A DNA stretch of 64,000 bases from Candidatus Adlerbacteria bacterium (GCA_028286685.1 JAQBRA010000006.1:1993-65992), one strand, 5' to 3'; numbered from the stretch's first letter, positions 1 to 9,269 are shown. Numbers and translations: made by a program. The notes: generated by a model from the sequence alone, not told the origin.

Positions 1-294
1 TGGGAGGCATACAGCGCAGACGACACGCTCCTTTTTACCGCCAAGGAAAAAAGCCCCGTAATTGCTATCGTGCGGCGTGTACTGCAATTTGTCCCCGTAG
101 TGGGAGATATTGCGCCCTTTGTGCCGATAAACTTTGTGTTTGAGAAGGAGGGCCAGGTTCTAGGTGCGCACCACCGCGTCTGGGGGAATTTTAGGGACAC
201 ATACCTGCTGGAAGCCCACGAAGGGCTTGCGGCATGCGACCGCCGCATCCTGCTGGCGCTCGGCATACTTCTTGACGCCCTGCAGGATCGCTAG
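1..294 (+). CDS. 3' part of a LURP-one/scramblase-like protein (5' truncated by window)
   Basis: Frame 1 is open from base 1 (WEAYSADDTLLFTAKEKSP...FRDTYLLE...DRRILLALGILLD). The C-terminal DRR-hydrophobic-D helix resembles the tubby/LURP-one fold. Confidence 0.5.
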   Translation, partial: WEAYSADDTLLFTAKEKSPVIAIVRRVLQFVPVVGDIAPFVPINFVFEKEGQVLGAHHRVWGNFRDTYLLEAHEGLAACDRRILLALGILLDALQDR

Positions 295-308
295 CCATTT
301 TTTGGATA

Positions 309-350
309 TAAAAAACCGTGCGGGAAATTTCCCGCACGGCTTGTTTGTTT
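309..350. terminator. Bidirectional intrinsic terminator
   Basis: AAAAACCGTGCGGGAAATTTCCCGCACGGCTTGTTT hairpin between convergent genes. Confidence 0.7.
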
Positions 351-361
351 ACGACTTAGCG

Positions 362-823
362 CTACCTTCTCTTGCTGCTGATGCGCCTTATCCCGACCTT
401 CTTCCTGGATTGCAGTCTGCGCGGCCTCTTGGCGACTTTCGCCTCGTACATTTCAATCAGGGCCGCCATGGCCTTCTGACTGAGTTCGCCGGGAACCTTC
501 TTGGAGGTTAGCGGGATTGTCGCGTCCCGCAGTTCCAGGGCCCGTTTCAGCAGCTTGATGGTGTACTCGTAGGGGCGCTGGGTTACGCCCATACTGATAT
601 TGCTGATTGCACCCACGCACAGGCCCGTCAAAACGCTTAACTCCTTAAACGTCTTCTTCGACTCGTGAATACGTCCGCGCAAGACATCCAATTCCTTGCC
701 GTATTCTTCCGGCGGCAGACAGCGGTCCGGAAAAACAGTTTTTTTCGGCTTCGAGGCCGATTGCGCTCGGCCAACTCCCTTTTTAGGGAACGGGATTATT
801 TTTGCCGATGATTGCCTTGCCAC
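362..823 (-). CDS. XRE-like helix-turn-helix protein with basic tails
   Basis: TFKELSVLTGLCVGAISNISMGVTQRP HTH pattern. GTG start with AAGGAG SD and a TTGACA element upstream. Confidence 0.6.
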   Translation of the reverse strand: MARQSSAKIIPFPKKGVGRAQSASKPKKTVFPDRCLPPEEYGKELDVLRGRIHESKKTFKELSVLTGLCVGAISNISMGVTQRPYEYTIKLLKRALELRDATIPLTSKKVPGELSQKAMAALIEMYEAKVAKRPRRLQSRKKVGIRRISSKRR

Positions 824-947
824 TACTCGTCTCCTTGGTGTGTTGGATCCACTTATTACAATAACATAAACAGCTTATACTGTCAATTAAACCCGGGTAT
901 TCCCTACCACCACGCATTCTTCATCGAAAATTGTATAATTGAATCCT

Positions 948-1721
948 ATGAGAACTTTGTACTGGGCCTTGGGCATTATTATTGTCGCCATGCTGGGCTT
1001 TTTTATCTGGAATTCTTATATGACACCAACAACTGCACAGGAGAAAGCAAGCCAGGTATCGCCGGTCGGCGTAGTGCCTATCGAGCACGCGACCGCCGTC
1101 TTGCGCTGGGGCGGCACCATTATCTACACCGACCCGACTGACGCGAGCCTGCTCGCGGACCAGCCGGAGGCCAACATTGTCTTGATAACCGATATCCATG
1201 GGGACCACTTCAGCACCTCCACCCTCCTGGAAGTCGTGGGGCCTGACACTGCCCTAGTCGTGCCGCAGGCCGTAGCGGACCTGCTCCCGTCCGACCTGGC
1301 CGCGCGCGCCCAGATACTCGACAACGGAGGGAGTACGACCATAGGCAGCCTGCAGATCATCGCGATACCCATGTACAACCTACCCGAGTCAGCCGACAGC
1401 CGCCACCCGAAAGGCCGCGGCAACGGCTACGTGCTTGAACAGGACGGCTACCGCGTGTATATCGCTGGCGACACGGCCGGTACCCCAGAGATGCGCGGAC
1501 TCCAAGACATCGACCTGGCGCTGGTGCCCATGAACTTGCCCTTTACCATGGGCGTCGACGAGGCGGCTGATGCGGTCTTGGACTTCAAGCCTAAAATTGT
1601 ATACCCGTATCACTACCGCGGACAAGACGGCCTGGCGGACGTCGAGCGCTTCAAAACCTTGGTCAATGCGGGCGACCCCAACATTGAGGTTATTCTCGCC
1701 AAGTGGTATCCGGAACAATAA
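948..1721 (+). CDS. Membrane-anchored MBL-fold metallo-hydrolase
   Basis: N-terminal TM; TDIHGDH, YIAGDT and PYHY motifs; TATAAT at 934-939. Confidence 0.85.
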   Translation: MRTLYWALGIIIVAMLGFFIWNSYMTPTTAQEKASQVSPVGVVPIEHATAVLRWGGTIIYTDPTDASLLADQPEANIVLITDIHGDHFSTSTLLEVVGPDTALVVPQAVADLLPSDLAARAQILDNGGSTTIGSLQIIAIPMYNLPESADSRHPKGRGNGYVLEQDGYRVYIAGDTAGTPEMRGLQDIDLALVPMNLPFTMGVDEAADAVLDFKPKIVYPYHYRGQDGLADVERFKTLVNAGDPNIEVILAKWYPEQ

Positions 1722-1734
1722 TAGAACCCAAAAG

Positions 1735-1772
1735 AAAACCGCCCGGCGCTAGCGCCGGGCGGTTTTCTTTTG
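1735..1772. terminator. Bidirectional terminator
   Basis: AAAACCGCCCGGCGCTAGCGCCGGGCGGTTTT perfect inverted repeat. Confidence 0.8.
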
Positions 1773-1834
1773 CTCCCCACTTTGTATTTCTGCGCCCTCT
1801 CTCGGCCCGCGCAGCTTCTGCCGCAAATATCGAG

Positions 1835-2632
1835 CTAGTTTCTGCTCCAGACAATGTCCGAAGATTTCGTCGAGCTTTTATTGCCGGATGCGGCAGGAGC
1901 CGCCACTGCCTTTGAACGCACAACCGTAAAGGTGCCCTCCTCAATCTCAGACGGAGTCGCCAGAGGCACCTTGCCCTGCTTGGACACCATGGTAACGGCG
2001 CGGGCGCGGGCATCTTCTGCGGACTTGTATTTGCCGTTTACTATCGCGAATGCATTGGAGAAGGTAACCGATCCGAACTCCGAGAGCGGCGCATACAGCT
2101 GGACGCTGTCCTTGCTGAACACTTTCGGCATCTCCTGGATCCATTCGACCGAGGAATATTTGGAGCGGTACTCAAGCGCCTTTTGGAACTCCGCCCCAGT
2201 CGTGAGGTTAAAGAAGGAAAGGTGCCAGAAGCCGGGAGTGATCTCAAACAGCGAGGCGCTCACCCGGTCGCCGGCTGCAACCTTAAATGGCACGACGACC
2301 TGGTAGTCGGGCAGGAGCTCGTACCATGCCCAGTACTGGGTCTTGCCGTTCTGCACCGCGCCCTGCGTGCCTGCCTGAATAAGGTCTTTGCTTTTCGATC
2401 CGCCGATGCCCAACCAGGCGACATCGGTCATAAGGGTCGTAGTAGCGGCAAGGGCGGGCACCGTCCAGGTTGCGCCTACGCCCGTATACTTGTCGCGCGT
2501 AGCGACATAGCCGGACCAGTTGCCCGATAGTCTGCCGTTGATAGCGTCCTCGGTTGCCGCCCACGCCGGCGCCGCAGCGCCCAAGAACAGCGCGAGCGCC
2601 AGGAATAATTTAGCCGCCAAGCGAGTATGCAT
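1835..2632 (-). CDS. Secreted G1-family glutamic endopeptidase (eqolisin/peptidase A4)
   Basis: Signal peptide; SGNWSGY, LIQAGT (catalytic Q), WYELLP and EWIQE (catalytic E). Confidence 0.85.
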   Translation of the reverse strand: MHTRLAAKLFLALALFLGAAAPAWAATEDAINGRLSGNWSGYVATRDKYTGVGATWTVPALAATTTLMTDVAWLGIGGSKSKDLIQAGTQGAVQNGKTQYWAWYELLPDYQVVVPFKVAAGDRVSASLFEITPGFWHLSFFNLTTGAEFQKALEYRSKYSSVEWIQEMPKVFSKDSVQLYAPLSEFGSVTFSNAFAIVNGKYKSAEDARARAVTMVSKQGKVPLATPSEIEEGTFTVVRSKAVAAPAASGNKSSTKSSDIVWSRN

Positions 2633-2677
2633 GGCTCCAGTATACAACCGCCAGAACGCGGGCGTAATAGCGGGCGG

Positions 2678-2902
2678 CTAGCGGGCCATTTTGCCGCCGC
2701 GAGCCTTGTTGTTTTCCTGGGCGCCGGACTTGCCACGGAAGCGGCCTCCCCTGCCGCGCAGCTTGGCGGCGATTTTTGAGAGCAGCGCCACTTCGGTTTT
2801 ATGGTTTTGCCTGACTGTCTGTCCAATATCAGATTCTTCGCTCCGGTAATCCTTGTAATACATGTATGAGCCTTCGTTATCTTTATCTTTTTTATCAGGC
2901 AT
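2678..2902 (-). CDS. Small basic hypothetical protein
   Basis: ATG lies 6 nt after a TAGACT -10 box that is preceded by the TTCA direct repeat; Gly/Arg-rich C-terminus. Confidence 0.5.
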   Translation of the reverse strand: MPDKKDKDNEGSYMYYKDYRSEESDIGQTVRQNHKTEVALLSKIAAKLRGRGGRFRGKSGAQENNKARGGKMAR

Positions 2903-2908
2903 AGGCAA

Positions 2909-2942
2909 AGTCTACCCACGCCCCCTGAAATACCGGTGAGAG
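2909..2942 (-). promoter_or_regulatory. Direct-repeat box plus -10 (candidate OmpR-family site)
   Basis: Minus strand reads CTCTCA-ccggt-ATTTCA-gggggcgtggg-TAGACT. Confidence 0.6.
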
Positions 2943-2952
2943 CCGCGCCGCC

Positions 2953-2986
2953 GACTCACCCGCGCTTCAGGCCAAAGGTTTTAAAT
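2953..2986 (+). promoter_or_regulatory. Direct-repeat box plus -10 (candidate OmpR-family site)
   Basis: GACTCA-cccgc-GCTTCA-ggccaaaggtt-TTAAAT. Confidence 0.5.
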
Positions 2987-3054
2987 AGAAAGGTACGACA
3001 GCGATCGATTACCAAATAATCTTACTTACTTTAGTCCGTTAAATTAATACCTCT

Positions 3055-4611
3055 ATGAAATCAGCATTATTCACTGCTCACAAAAAAGCAGCCATTTCCT
3101 TGTTTTTGGCCGCCGCGAGCGCAGCGATTCTTCTTGTGGCTCTTCCGGCGCTCGCCGACAGCTCGGCAAATAGCAACTTCGAAAACCCGCCCTACGTGCC
3201 GGGGAATATAAACGGCCAGGACGGCTGGAGCAAAACAGGCGCGTACGATGCTGCGGTCACCAGTTCCTTTGGCGTGCCCGACTTCGGCAACCAGAGCCTG
3301 CGCATCTCAAACGCGGTTACCTCAAGCTCGTTCGCTGACCAGACCTTCGCCAAGCCTACTGCAGACGGCGCGGGCGAAGCCGACTCGACCTCGGGCGGAT
3401 TCGCAACCGGTACTCTGGCAAGCCACTTCCAGGCAGAGTTTGACCTCAGATCAGTGCAGCTCATGCAGCAGCCGGGACTCTCTATATCCGTTTCCCCCGA
3501 CCGGGGCGACGGCTCGCGCATGAGCTATCTTAGATTCGAGGACCAAGCCGACGGCATCCACGTGTTCTTCAACGATGCGCAGGGCTCGAGCACCTCTGCC
3601 GACTTTGTCGAGACCGACATAGCGACACTCAGCCGCGCCACGACGCACACCATAGGGTTCTCCATGGACTTCGTAAACGGGCCCTCCAACGATGTAGTTG
3701 AAATATATATCGACGGGGCGCTCGCCCATACCGGCACGAGCTGGGAAAACTATTACCGCTTCGATCCGGAGTCAGCTGCAGAGCAAAGCCCCCGCATCGT
3801 AAAGACCCTGCTCTTTAGAGCGGCGGGCACTGCTGCGACCTCAACGCAGGGCTTGGGCTACCTTATCGACAACCTGGAGATGCTCGCCTCAGGCTCAGCC
3901 CAGGGCGGTGGGAATGGGGACGTAACGGTAACCATAAGCAAATATATTGACGGCACTATGGCAACCTCCGGCAGCGCGCAGTCCCTGGCCTTCCCCATGA
4001 ACGCGAGCTGGAACGCGCAGAACATCGGCTCAAGCTCGGGGAGCTTCACGCTCTCGCCGCAGGGCTCCAATAGCCCGAACGCATACCAGGCTATCACTGC
4101 GGACATGACCTCGGGCGCGTCGTATTCGGTCGCCGAGGACACGAGCGGCGCCAATGTCGCCCAGAACTGCAGCGCAGGCAAGCCTTACTCGCTCGTCGGC
4201 TACACCACAGGTACCAGCTCGGCTGCCGCAGCGGCTGCAACGCCCAGCCTCACGCCGCCCAGCTTCTCCAACCTGACCGGAGACCAGTATGTCATCGTAT
4301 GGAACCATGCCTGCACCGACACCGGCACTACGACGCCGCCAACCACCGGCAACCCTAACGGCGCCTCCGTCGACCAGAACGGCTCGACCGTGCGCGCGGG
4401 CGGGCACCTGGACTTCGTAGGACGCAACTTCGGCCACGAGCAGGACGTTGCCATCTCGCTTGGCGGCTCCGTGATACGCACGGTGCATGCCGACGGCGGA
4501 GGCAACTTCTCTACCGGCTCGATGACCGCGCCCGCAACGCCGGGCACGTACCAGTACGAGTTTAAGGACTCGGGACATACGGTCATCGCCACCATTACGG
4601 TAGTGCCATAA
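3055..4611 (+). CDS. Secreted multi-domain beta-sandwich protein (lectin/LamG-like plus Ig-like)
   Basis: Signal peptide; GNINGQDGW start of a beta-rich domain; Thr/Pro linker; C-terminal Ig-like module. Confidence 0.7.
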   Translation: MKSALFTAHKKAAISLFLAAASAAILLVALPALADSSANSNFENPPYVPGNINGQDGWSKTGAYDAAVTSSFGVPDFGNQSLRISNAVTSSSFADQTFAKPTADGAGEADSTSGGFATGTLASHFQAEFDLRSVQLMQQPGLSISVSPDRGDGSRMSYLRFEDQADGIHVFFNDAQGSSTSADFVETDIATLSRATTHTIGFSMDFVNGPSNDVVEIYIDGALAHTGTSWENYYRFDPESAAEQSPRIVKTLLFRAAGTAATSTQGLGYLIDNLEMLASGSAQGGGNGDVTVTISKYIDGTMATSGSAQSLAFPMNASWNAQNIGSSSGSFTLSPQGSNSPNAYQAITADMTSGASYSVAEDTSGANVAQNCSAGKPYSLVGYTTGTSSAAAAAATPSLTPPSFSNLTGDQYVIVWNHACTDTGTTTPPTTGNPNGASVDQNGSTVRAGGHLDFVGRNFGHEQDVAISLGGSVIRTVHADGGGNFSTGSMTAPATPGTYQYEFKDSGHTVIATITVVP

Positions 4612-4641
4612 AAATAAAACTGGCACCACAGGCAACACATA

Positions 4642-4674
4642 GCAAATCGCCCGGCATGAGCCGGGCGATTTGCT
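4642..4674 (+). terminator. Intrinsic terminator
   Basis: AGCAAATCGCCCGGC-ATGA-GCCGGGCGATTTGCT. Confidence 0.7.
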
Positions 4675-4715
4675 ATACTAATGGTGGAATTTTATTCGCT
4701 CACTCCTTTTAACCT

Positions 4716-4946
4716 ATGGATATAGCCCTCATGGTCCTGGGACTCTTCGCACTCGGCATACTGCTTATGTGGGCATACGCGTGGCTTAATGATGCCAAGC
4801 AGATATACGACGAAGAGGCGCAGGATGTGCGCGCGAAAACGCCGGAGGAGCGCGAACGCTCGCAGTTTGAAGTGCAAGAGGTCACTCGCGAGCAGAACAA
4901 GGCCGACATAGAGTTTTATTCCCGGGGAGAGGACGCCGACCAGTAG
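4716..4946 (+). CDS. Small single-pass membrane protein
   Basis: N-terminal hydrophobic helix followed by an acidic tail. Confidence 0.55.
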   Translation: MDIALMVLGLFALGILLMWAYAWLNDAKQIYDEEAQDVRAKTPEERERSQFEVQEVTREQNKADIEFYSRGEDADQ

Positions 4947-4951
4947 GCCCG

Positions 4952-4985
4952 CCTTCATTTTAGTATCAGGCGCTCCCTGCATACT
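4952..4985 (+). promoter_or_regulatory. Direct-repeat box plus -10 (candidate OmpR-family site)
   Basis: CCTTCA-tttta-GTATCA-ggcgctccctg-CATACT, with ATG 6 nt downstream. Confidence 0.6.
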
Positions 4986-4991
4986 GGACTC

Positions 4992-5171
4992 ATGCAAACA
5001 GAACGAGAAATAATCCTCACGTGCCAGGAGTGCGGACACCAGGAGACGGACTCCGACCAGAAACTGCTCATGCTCAAGGTAAGGATGTATAACCACATCA
5101 ATCATGCGCATCCGGTGCTGGCCGAGCGATTTAAGGAAGTTGTCGAAGAGCACTCCACCTTGGTGTACTAG
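4992..5171 (+). CDS. 59-aa C2H2-type zinc-binding microprotein (DUF1059-like), absent from the ORF track
   Basis: MQTEREIILTCQECGHQETDSDQKLLMLKVRMYNHINHAHPVLAERFKEVVEEHSTLVY; CxxC...HxxxxH. Confidence 0.65.
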   Translation: MQTEREIILTCQECGHQETDSDQKLLMLKVRMYNHINHAHPVLAERFKEVVEEHSTLVY

Positions 5172-5255
5172 TTCCACGCAGACTGGCGTCCGGAAAACTA
5201 AACCCTCAGATCCTGGTTGTATTTACAAAGCCCATTTGGTATGGTGGCGGTGACT

Positions 5256-7328
5256 ATGCCCCCTCTCTTTTCTGGCCATCCGACCGCTACGTACGCCCTG
5301 CGCTTCGGGCTGCTTACGCTTATATATGGCACTGCCGTTTGGATAAGCCTTTGGCTCGTACCTGCAACAGGCGGCGCCTCCCTAGTGTGGCCGGTAGCGG
5401 CCGTAGGCCTCGCGGGACTCCTGTTTTGGGGCATCAACCTGTGGCCGGCGCTCACCCTATCCTTTTTCCTGGTAGTGGCGGCCGGCGGCGTGGACCCGTC
5501 GGCAGCGGTAGGCGTGGCGCTCGGTAATACGCTCGAGGCCGTGCTCGGCGCCCACTTGCTCATATGGCTCGGCTTCCACCCGCTCATGAGCCGCTTGCGC
5601 GACGCCTTGGGCCTTATCCTGGCCGCCTTTACTTCCACCTTCGTATCGGCGACCGTCATCGCCGCCAGTACGGCGCTTTTTATAACGCATTCCTTCAGCG
5701 CCGACCTTTGGACCAGCCTCTGGATAGGCCACAGCGTATCGCTCCTGTCCTTCGGAGCATTTGCCCTGCGCTGGGGCTACCGGCCGTTTTTTGCCAAGAG
5801 CCAGCAAGAACTGTTTGAGGGCCTAGCGCTCTTCGGACTCGTCGGCTTCGTGTCGTACTTGGCAGCATGGACCGAGTTTGACTCGCTGGGGCCCGTGTCG
5901 CTTGTCTATGTCCTCGTGTTCCTCCTCATTTGGGCGAGCCTGCGCGCGGGCCCGCGCGGCACCACGCTGGCCTTGCTCATAATGACGCTCATTTCCACGA
6001 CAGCGCTCCTGTTCGGGCCCGATGCCTCGCTTGAGCGCGCCGGATCCCTGCTATTTGGCATGCAGGTCCTGATAGGCACGCTGTCCATCATCTTCCTGCT
6101 CTTTACGTCCATTACCGAAGAGCGCAAAGAGGCGGTTATAGCGCTTGGCGCCCAGGTGGGCAAGCTTGAGGATGCCCTCCTGAAGATATCGTCGGAAGAT
6201 GCCGCCAAGAGCGAATTTATCGCCATACTCGCGCACGAGCTGCGCAACCCGCTTTCTCCCGTACTATCGGGCCTCGAAATCCTCAAAGCGAAAGAGTCGG
6301 GACCCAAGGAAGTGCTCCACATGATGGGCGCGCACCTCCATACTCTGGCCCGGCTGCTCGATGACCTCCTGGACATTACGCGCATCTCGCAGAAAAAATT
6401 CAAGCTCGAGCGCGAAGTGACGACGCTGCAGCATATTATCGAGCGCTCTTTGGAGATGGCGGGCCCCTACATGGCCGAGCGCAATCACACCTTTACCAAA
6501 GAGATGCCTTCGCAAGATATCCTCATGGACGCCGATCCGGTGCGGCTTACCCAGGCGGTGGTCAACCTCCTTAACAATGCGGCAAAATATACGCCGCCGG
6601 GCGGCACCATAAGCCTGGGCTTAGTGAAGGAAGGGCGCCAGGCGGTTATCCGCGTGCGCGACAACGGGCAAGGCATCGCGATCGAGCGCCTGCGGAAGGT
6701 ATTCGAGCCGTTTGCGGGCGGCGCACAGCGCTCGAAGGGCCCGGGCGGGCTCCACATAGGGCTTTCTTTGGTGCGGCGCATGGTAGAGCTCCATGCCGGA
6801 ACGGTTGTGGTGAAGAGCGGCGGCGTCGGCCAGGGAAGCGAGTTTACGATCCGCCTCCCCTTGCCTGCCGCGCCCCTGGAGAAAGCCCCCGAGCCCATAG
6901 CGCCTAAAAAAGAAACGCGCGGCCGATTTTCCAAAGAGGCTATGGAGCACGCACGCGCGGCCGGACCGGTCGCCGTCTTAGTGGTTGACGATAACGAGGC
7001 TGCAGCCCAGATGCTCTGCACCCTGCTTGAGCACAATGGCCACACCGTTTCCTTGGCGCACACCGGCCTTTCGGCGCTTGACGTAGCGCGCCAAACGCAG
7101 CCGCAGGTGGCCCTCCTCGACATCGGACTCCCTGACATAGATGGCTACGAGGTTGGCAAGCGGCTGCGCGCAGAGCTCGGTGCCCAAGTAGCCCTGGTCG
7201 CGCTTACCGGCTACGGCCAGCCGGAAGACCGCGAGCGCGCACGCCAGGCGGGCTTTGACGACCATCTGGTAAAGCCGGTTTCTATCGTCGACGTCGAGCG
7301 CATTCTGGCGCAGCTCCGCCGCGCCTAG
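5256..7328 (+). CDS. MASE1-domain hybrid sensor histidine kinase/receiver
   Basis: Multi-TM N-terminus (VWPVAAV, GNTLEA); LAHELRNPL H-box; NLLNNAAKYT; DNGQGI; receiver VVDD...LDIGLP...KP. Confidence 0.9.
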   Translation: MPPLFSGHPTATYALRFGLLTLIYGTAVWISLWLVPATGGASLVWPVAAVGLAGLLFWGINLWPALTLSFFLVVAAGGVDPSAAVGVALGNTLEAVLGAHLLIWLGFHPLMSRLRDALGLILAAFTSTFVSATVIAASTALFITHSFSADLWTSLWIGHSVSLLSFGAFALRWGYRPFFAKSQQELFEGLALFGLVGFVSYLAAWTEFDSLGPVSLVYVLVFLLIWASLRAGPRGTTLALLIMTLISTTALLFGPDASLERAGSLLFGMQVLIGTLSIIFLLFTSITEERKEAVIALGAQVGKLEDALLKISSEDAAKSEFIAILAHELRNPLSPVLSGLEILKAKESGPKEVLHMMGAHLHTLARLLDDLLDITRISQKKFKLEREVTTLQHIIERSLEMAGPYMAERNHTFTKEMPSQDILMDADPVRLTQAVVNLLNNAAKYTPPGGTISLGLVKEGRQAVIRVRDNGQGIAIERLRKVFEPFAGGAQRSKGPGGLHIGLSLVRRMVELHAGTVVVKSGGVGQGSEFTIRLPLPAAPLEKAPEPIAPKKETRGRFSKEAMEHARAAGPVAVLVVDDNEAAAQMLCTLLEHNGHTVSLAHTGLSALDVARQTQPQVALLDIGLPDIDGYEVGKRLRAELGAQVALVALTGYGQPEDRERARQAGFDDHLVKPVSIVDVERILAQLRRA

Positions 7329-7337
7329 CCGCAGCCG

Positions 7338-7937
7338 CTAGCGCAGCTCCGCATACACCACCAGCCGGCGGTCGTATTCTTTCTTATCCTTGATCCATGC
7401 CCCGTCGCAGGTAACCAGGTGCAGGTATGCGCCGCCTTTCTTATTAAACAGCTCATCAAGCGGGACCTCGGCCGCCGCATAGGACTCAACGCGTACCACT
7501 ACGAACCTAAGCGGCGTCGACGATGCCGTATCTACGTATATTTCATCCCCCGGCGCAAGATCGCCCAGATGCTTGAAGACGCCGTCAAGCGCCAATGCGT
7601 TGTCGACATGGCCGTCCATAACCGCGCTGCCCTCAAATCCGGGCACGGTGCCGTACTTGTACCAGCCGGCATCGGTAAAGTTGCCGGGCGTTGCCATATT
7701 GCCCGCTTCATTAATGCCCACCTGCTTTACGTGCGCATCAATACCGAGCGCGGGTATGCGCAGGCGCTCGGGCAAGTCGCCAGGTTCTGCCTGGCGTGCG
7801 GGCGCTGCGGCTGCCAGGGTGCTGGAAGCCATTTCTATATCAGGCGCATACCATACCGCACGCGCAAGCGTGGTAGCGAATACCACGCTTGCGGCTGCGG
7901 TTATGAGAGCGACGATAAGCCGCGGGCTTACGCGCAT
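7338..7937 (-). CDS. Class F sortase
   Basis: PERLRIPALGIDA, GWYKYGTVPG, DGHVD, LVTC...YDRR catalytic H/C/R. Confidence 0.9.
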   Translation of the reverse strand: MRVSPRLIVALITAAASVVFATTLARAVWYAPDIEMASSTLAAAAPARQAEPGDLPERLRIPALGIDAHVKQVGINEAGNMATPGNFTDAGWYKYGTVPGFEGSAVMDGHVDNALALDGVFKHLGDLAPGDEIYVDTASSTPLRFVVVRVESYAAAEVPLDELFNKKGGAYLHLVTCDGAWIKDKKEYDRRLVVYAELR

Positions 7938-7943
7938 GCCAGT

Positions 7944-8192
7944 TTAGGCTTCCTTGCGGGTACGGGCCAAGTACAGGCCGCCGCCGACCAGAACTGCGGC
8001 TGACAAGCCCAAGACGGCTATCGTAGCTGCAGCTTCGCCGCCCTGCCCGGTGGACGGTACGCCCGGAGTGGCCTGAGTAGTAGCATCGGTGGTGGTCTGC
8101 GCGTAGGTCAGCGGCGCCGCAAGCGCCAAAAGCGTTCCCACCATAAGCCCTACTGCGCCGCCCGCTATCCGCTTCGTTAAGGCTAGAGTCAT
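7944..8192 (-). CDS. Small sortase substrate-like protein
   Basis: Signal peptide, Thr-rich linker, PGVPSTG, TM helix and RTRK basic tail; directly upstream of the sortase. Confidence 0.75.
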   Translation of the reverse strand: MTLALTKRIAGGAVGLMVGTLLALAAPLTYAQTTTDATTQATPGVPSTGQGGEAAATIAVLGLSAAVLVGGGLYLARTRKEA

Positions 8193-8255
8193 AAAGAAAT
8201 TAGATTATGCGTCTAATCGATTCACCCACCCAAGCGTTTAGGTTTGCCGGCGGGA

Positions 8256-8735
8256 CTACTTGTCAGTATGCGGGCGGGCGCTGAAATAGGAATGAACGGC
8301 AGCATATGCCACTGCGGCGCTCGCAACACCCAACAAGAGACCTGCCACAACATCAAGAGGATAATGGAAGCCGATCAGCACGCGCGCGAGGCCCACCAGG
8401 GCGGCACACAGCAGCAAAAAAGCCGAGAGCCACCGATTAAAGAAAAAAGCTAGTGCAGCCAAGGCGCCGAGCGCAGCCGCATGGTCAGACGGAAAAGAAT
8501 TATCAACCTCGTGCGGCACGAGCGGCTCGTAGCCGTACGCCGCAAAAGGCTGCTCATGGCTAAAGAAGAGCCCCGCTAATCGCGCCACAGCATAGGCGAG
8601 CGGGAGTGCGACCAGAGCGGCCAGCGCAAGTTCAACTTTAACGGCGCGCGGGGCCCACAGCCAATACGCGGCACAGGCAAGCAGGGCCGCCGCAGGCAAG
8701 TATTGGGCGCAGAAGATAACAAGGATTTCGTACAT
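8256..8735 (-). CDS. PAP2-family phosphatase (BcrC/YwoA-like undecaprenyl-PP phosphatase)
   Basis: SFPSDH and ARVLIGFHYPLDV motifs; multi-TM. Confidence 0.85.
   Translation of the reverse strand: MYEILVIFCAQYLPAAALLACAAYWLWAPRAVKVELALAALVALPLAYAVARLAGLFFSHEQPFAAYGYEPLVPHEVDNSFPSDHAAALGALAALAFFFNRWLSAFLLLCAALVGLARVLIGFHYPLDVVAGLLLGVASAAVAYAAVHSYFSARPHTDK
8265..8298 (-). promoter_or_regulatory. Direct-repeat box plus -10 for the substrate-sortase operon
   Basis: Minus strand reads CGTTCA-ttcct-ATTTCA-gcgcccgcccg-CATACT, inside the 3' end of the PAP2 gene. Confidence 0.6.
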
Positions 8736-8783
8736 AGGGAAACTATACCACCACCGCAAAGCGGCTTTTGCTATACTGCCGCT

Positions 8784-9236
8784 ATGCATGCGCTTTACTA
8801 TTGGATTGCGGGCTTCGTGACATTGGAATTTCTAGGAGACGTATACCCCGGCTTTATCGATAACGACTTCTGCTTTGCGCTCTTAGGATGCAACGTGGGA
8901 ATCGTGGGCTACGACGGCCTGCTGCATTTCATAAGCGGCATCTGCGTCGGGTTCGGAATCCTGCTCGCGCATAAAAAAGGATACTTAAAGAAGTCCGGGG
9001 CCAGAGCCTTTTTTCTGTGGTCGCTGGGCATAGCGCTTGCGTGGGAGCTTTTGGAATGGAGCTACGACTTGGTGCGCATCTATATCTTCCACATGGATCT
9101 CTTTACCATGAACAAGCTCACCCAGCCCAACGGCATAGACACCCTCGGCGATATCATCCTGGCTCTCTTGGGCACGGCGATGGTGTTCTGGTGGGCCCGG
9201 CGCACAGCAGCTGCCCAAGTGGCAGTATCGGCATAA
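8784..9236 (+). CDS. Membrane protein (DUF2238/VanZ-like)
   Basis: YDGLLHF, WELLEW, DTLGDI motifs; 4 TM. Confidence 0.65.
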   Translation: MHALYYWIAGFVTLEFLGDVYPGFIDNDFCFALLGCNVGIVGYDGLLHFISGICVGFGILLAHKKGYLKKSGARAFFLWSLGIALAWELLEWSYDLVRIYIFHMDLFTMNKLTQPNGIDTLGDIILALLGTAMVFWWARRTAAAQVAVSA

Positions 9237-9269
9237 GGAACGTATTTCCTCAGGAGTATACTTTAAAGC

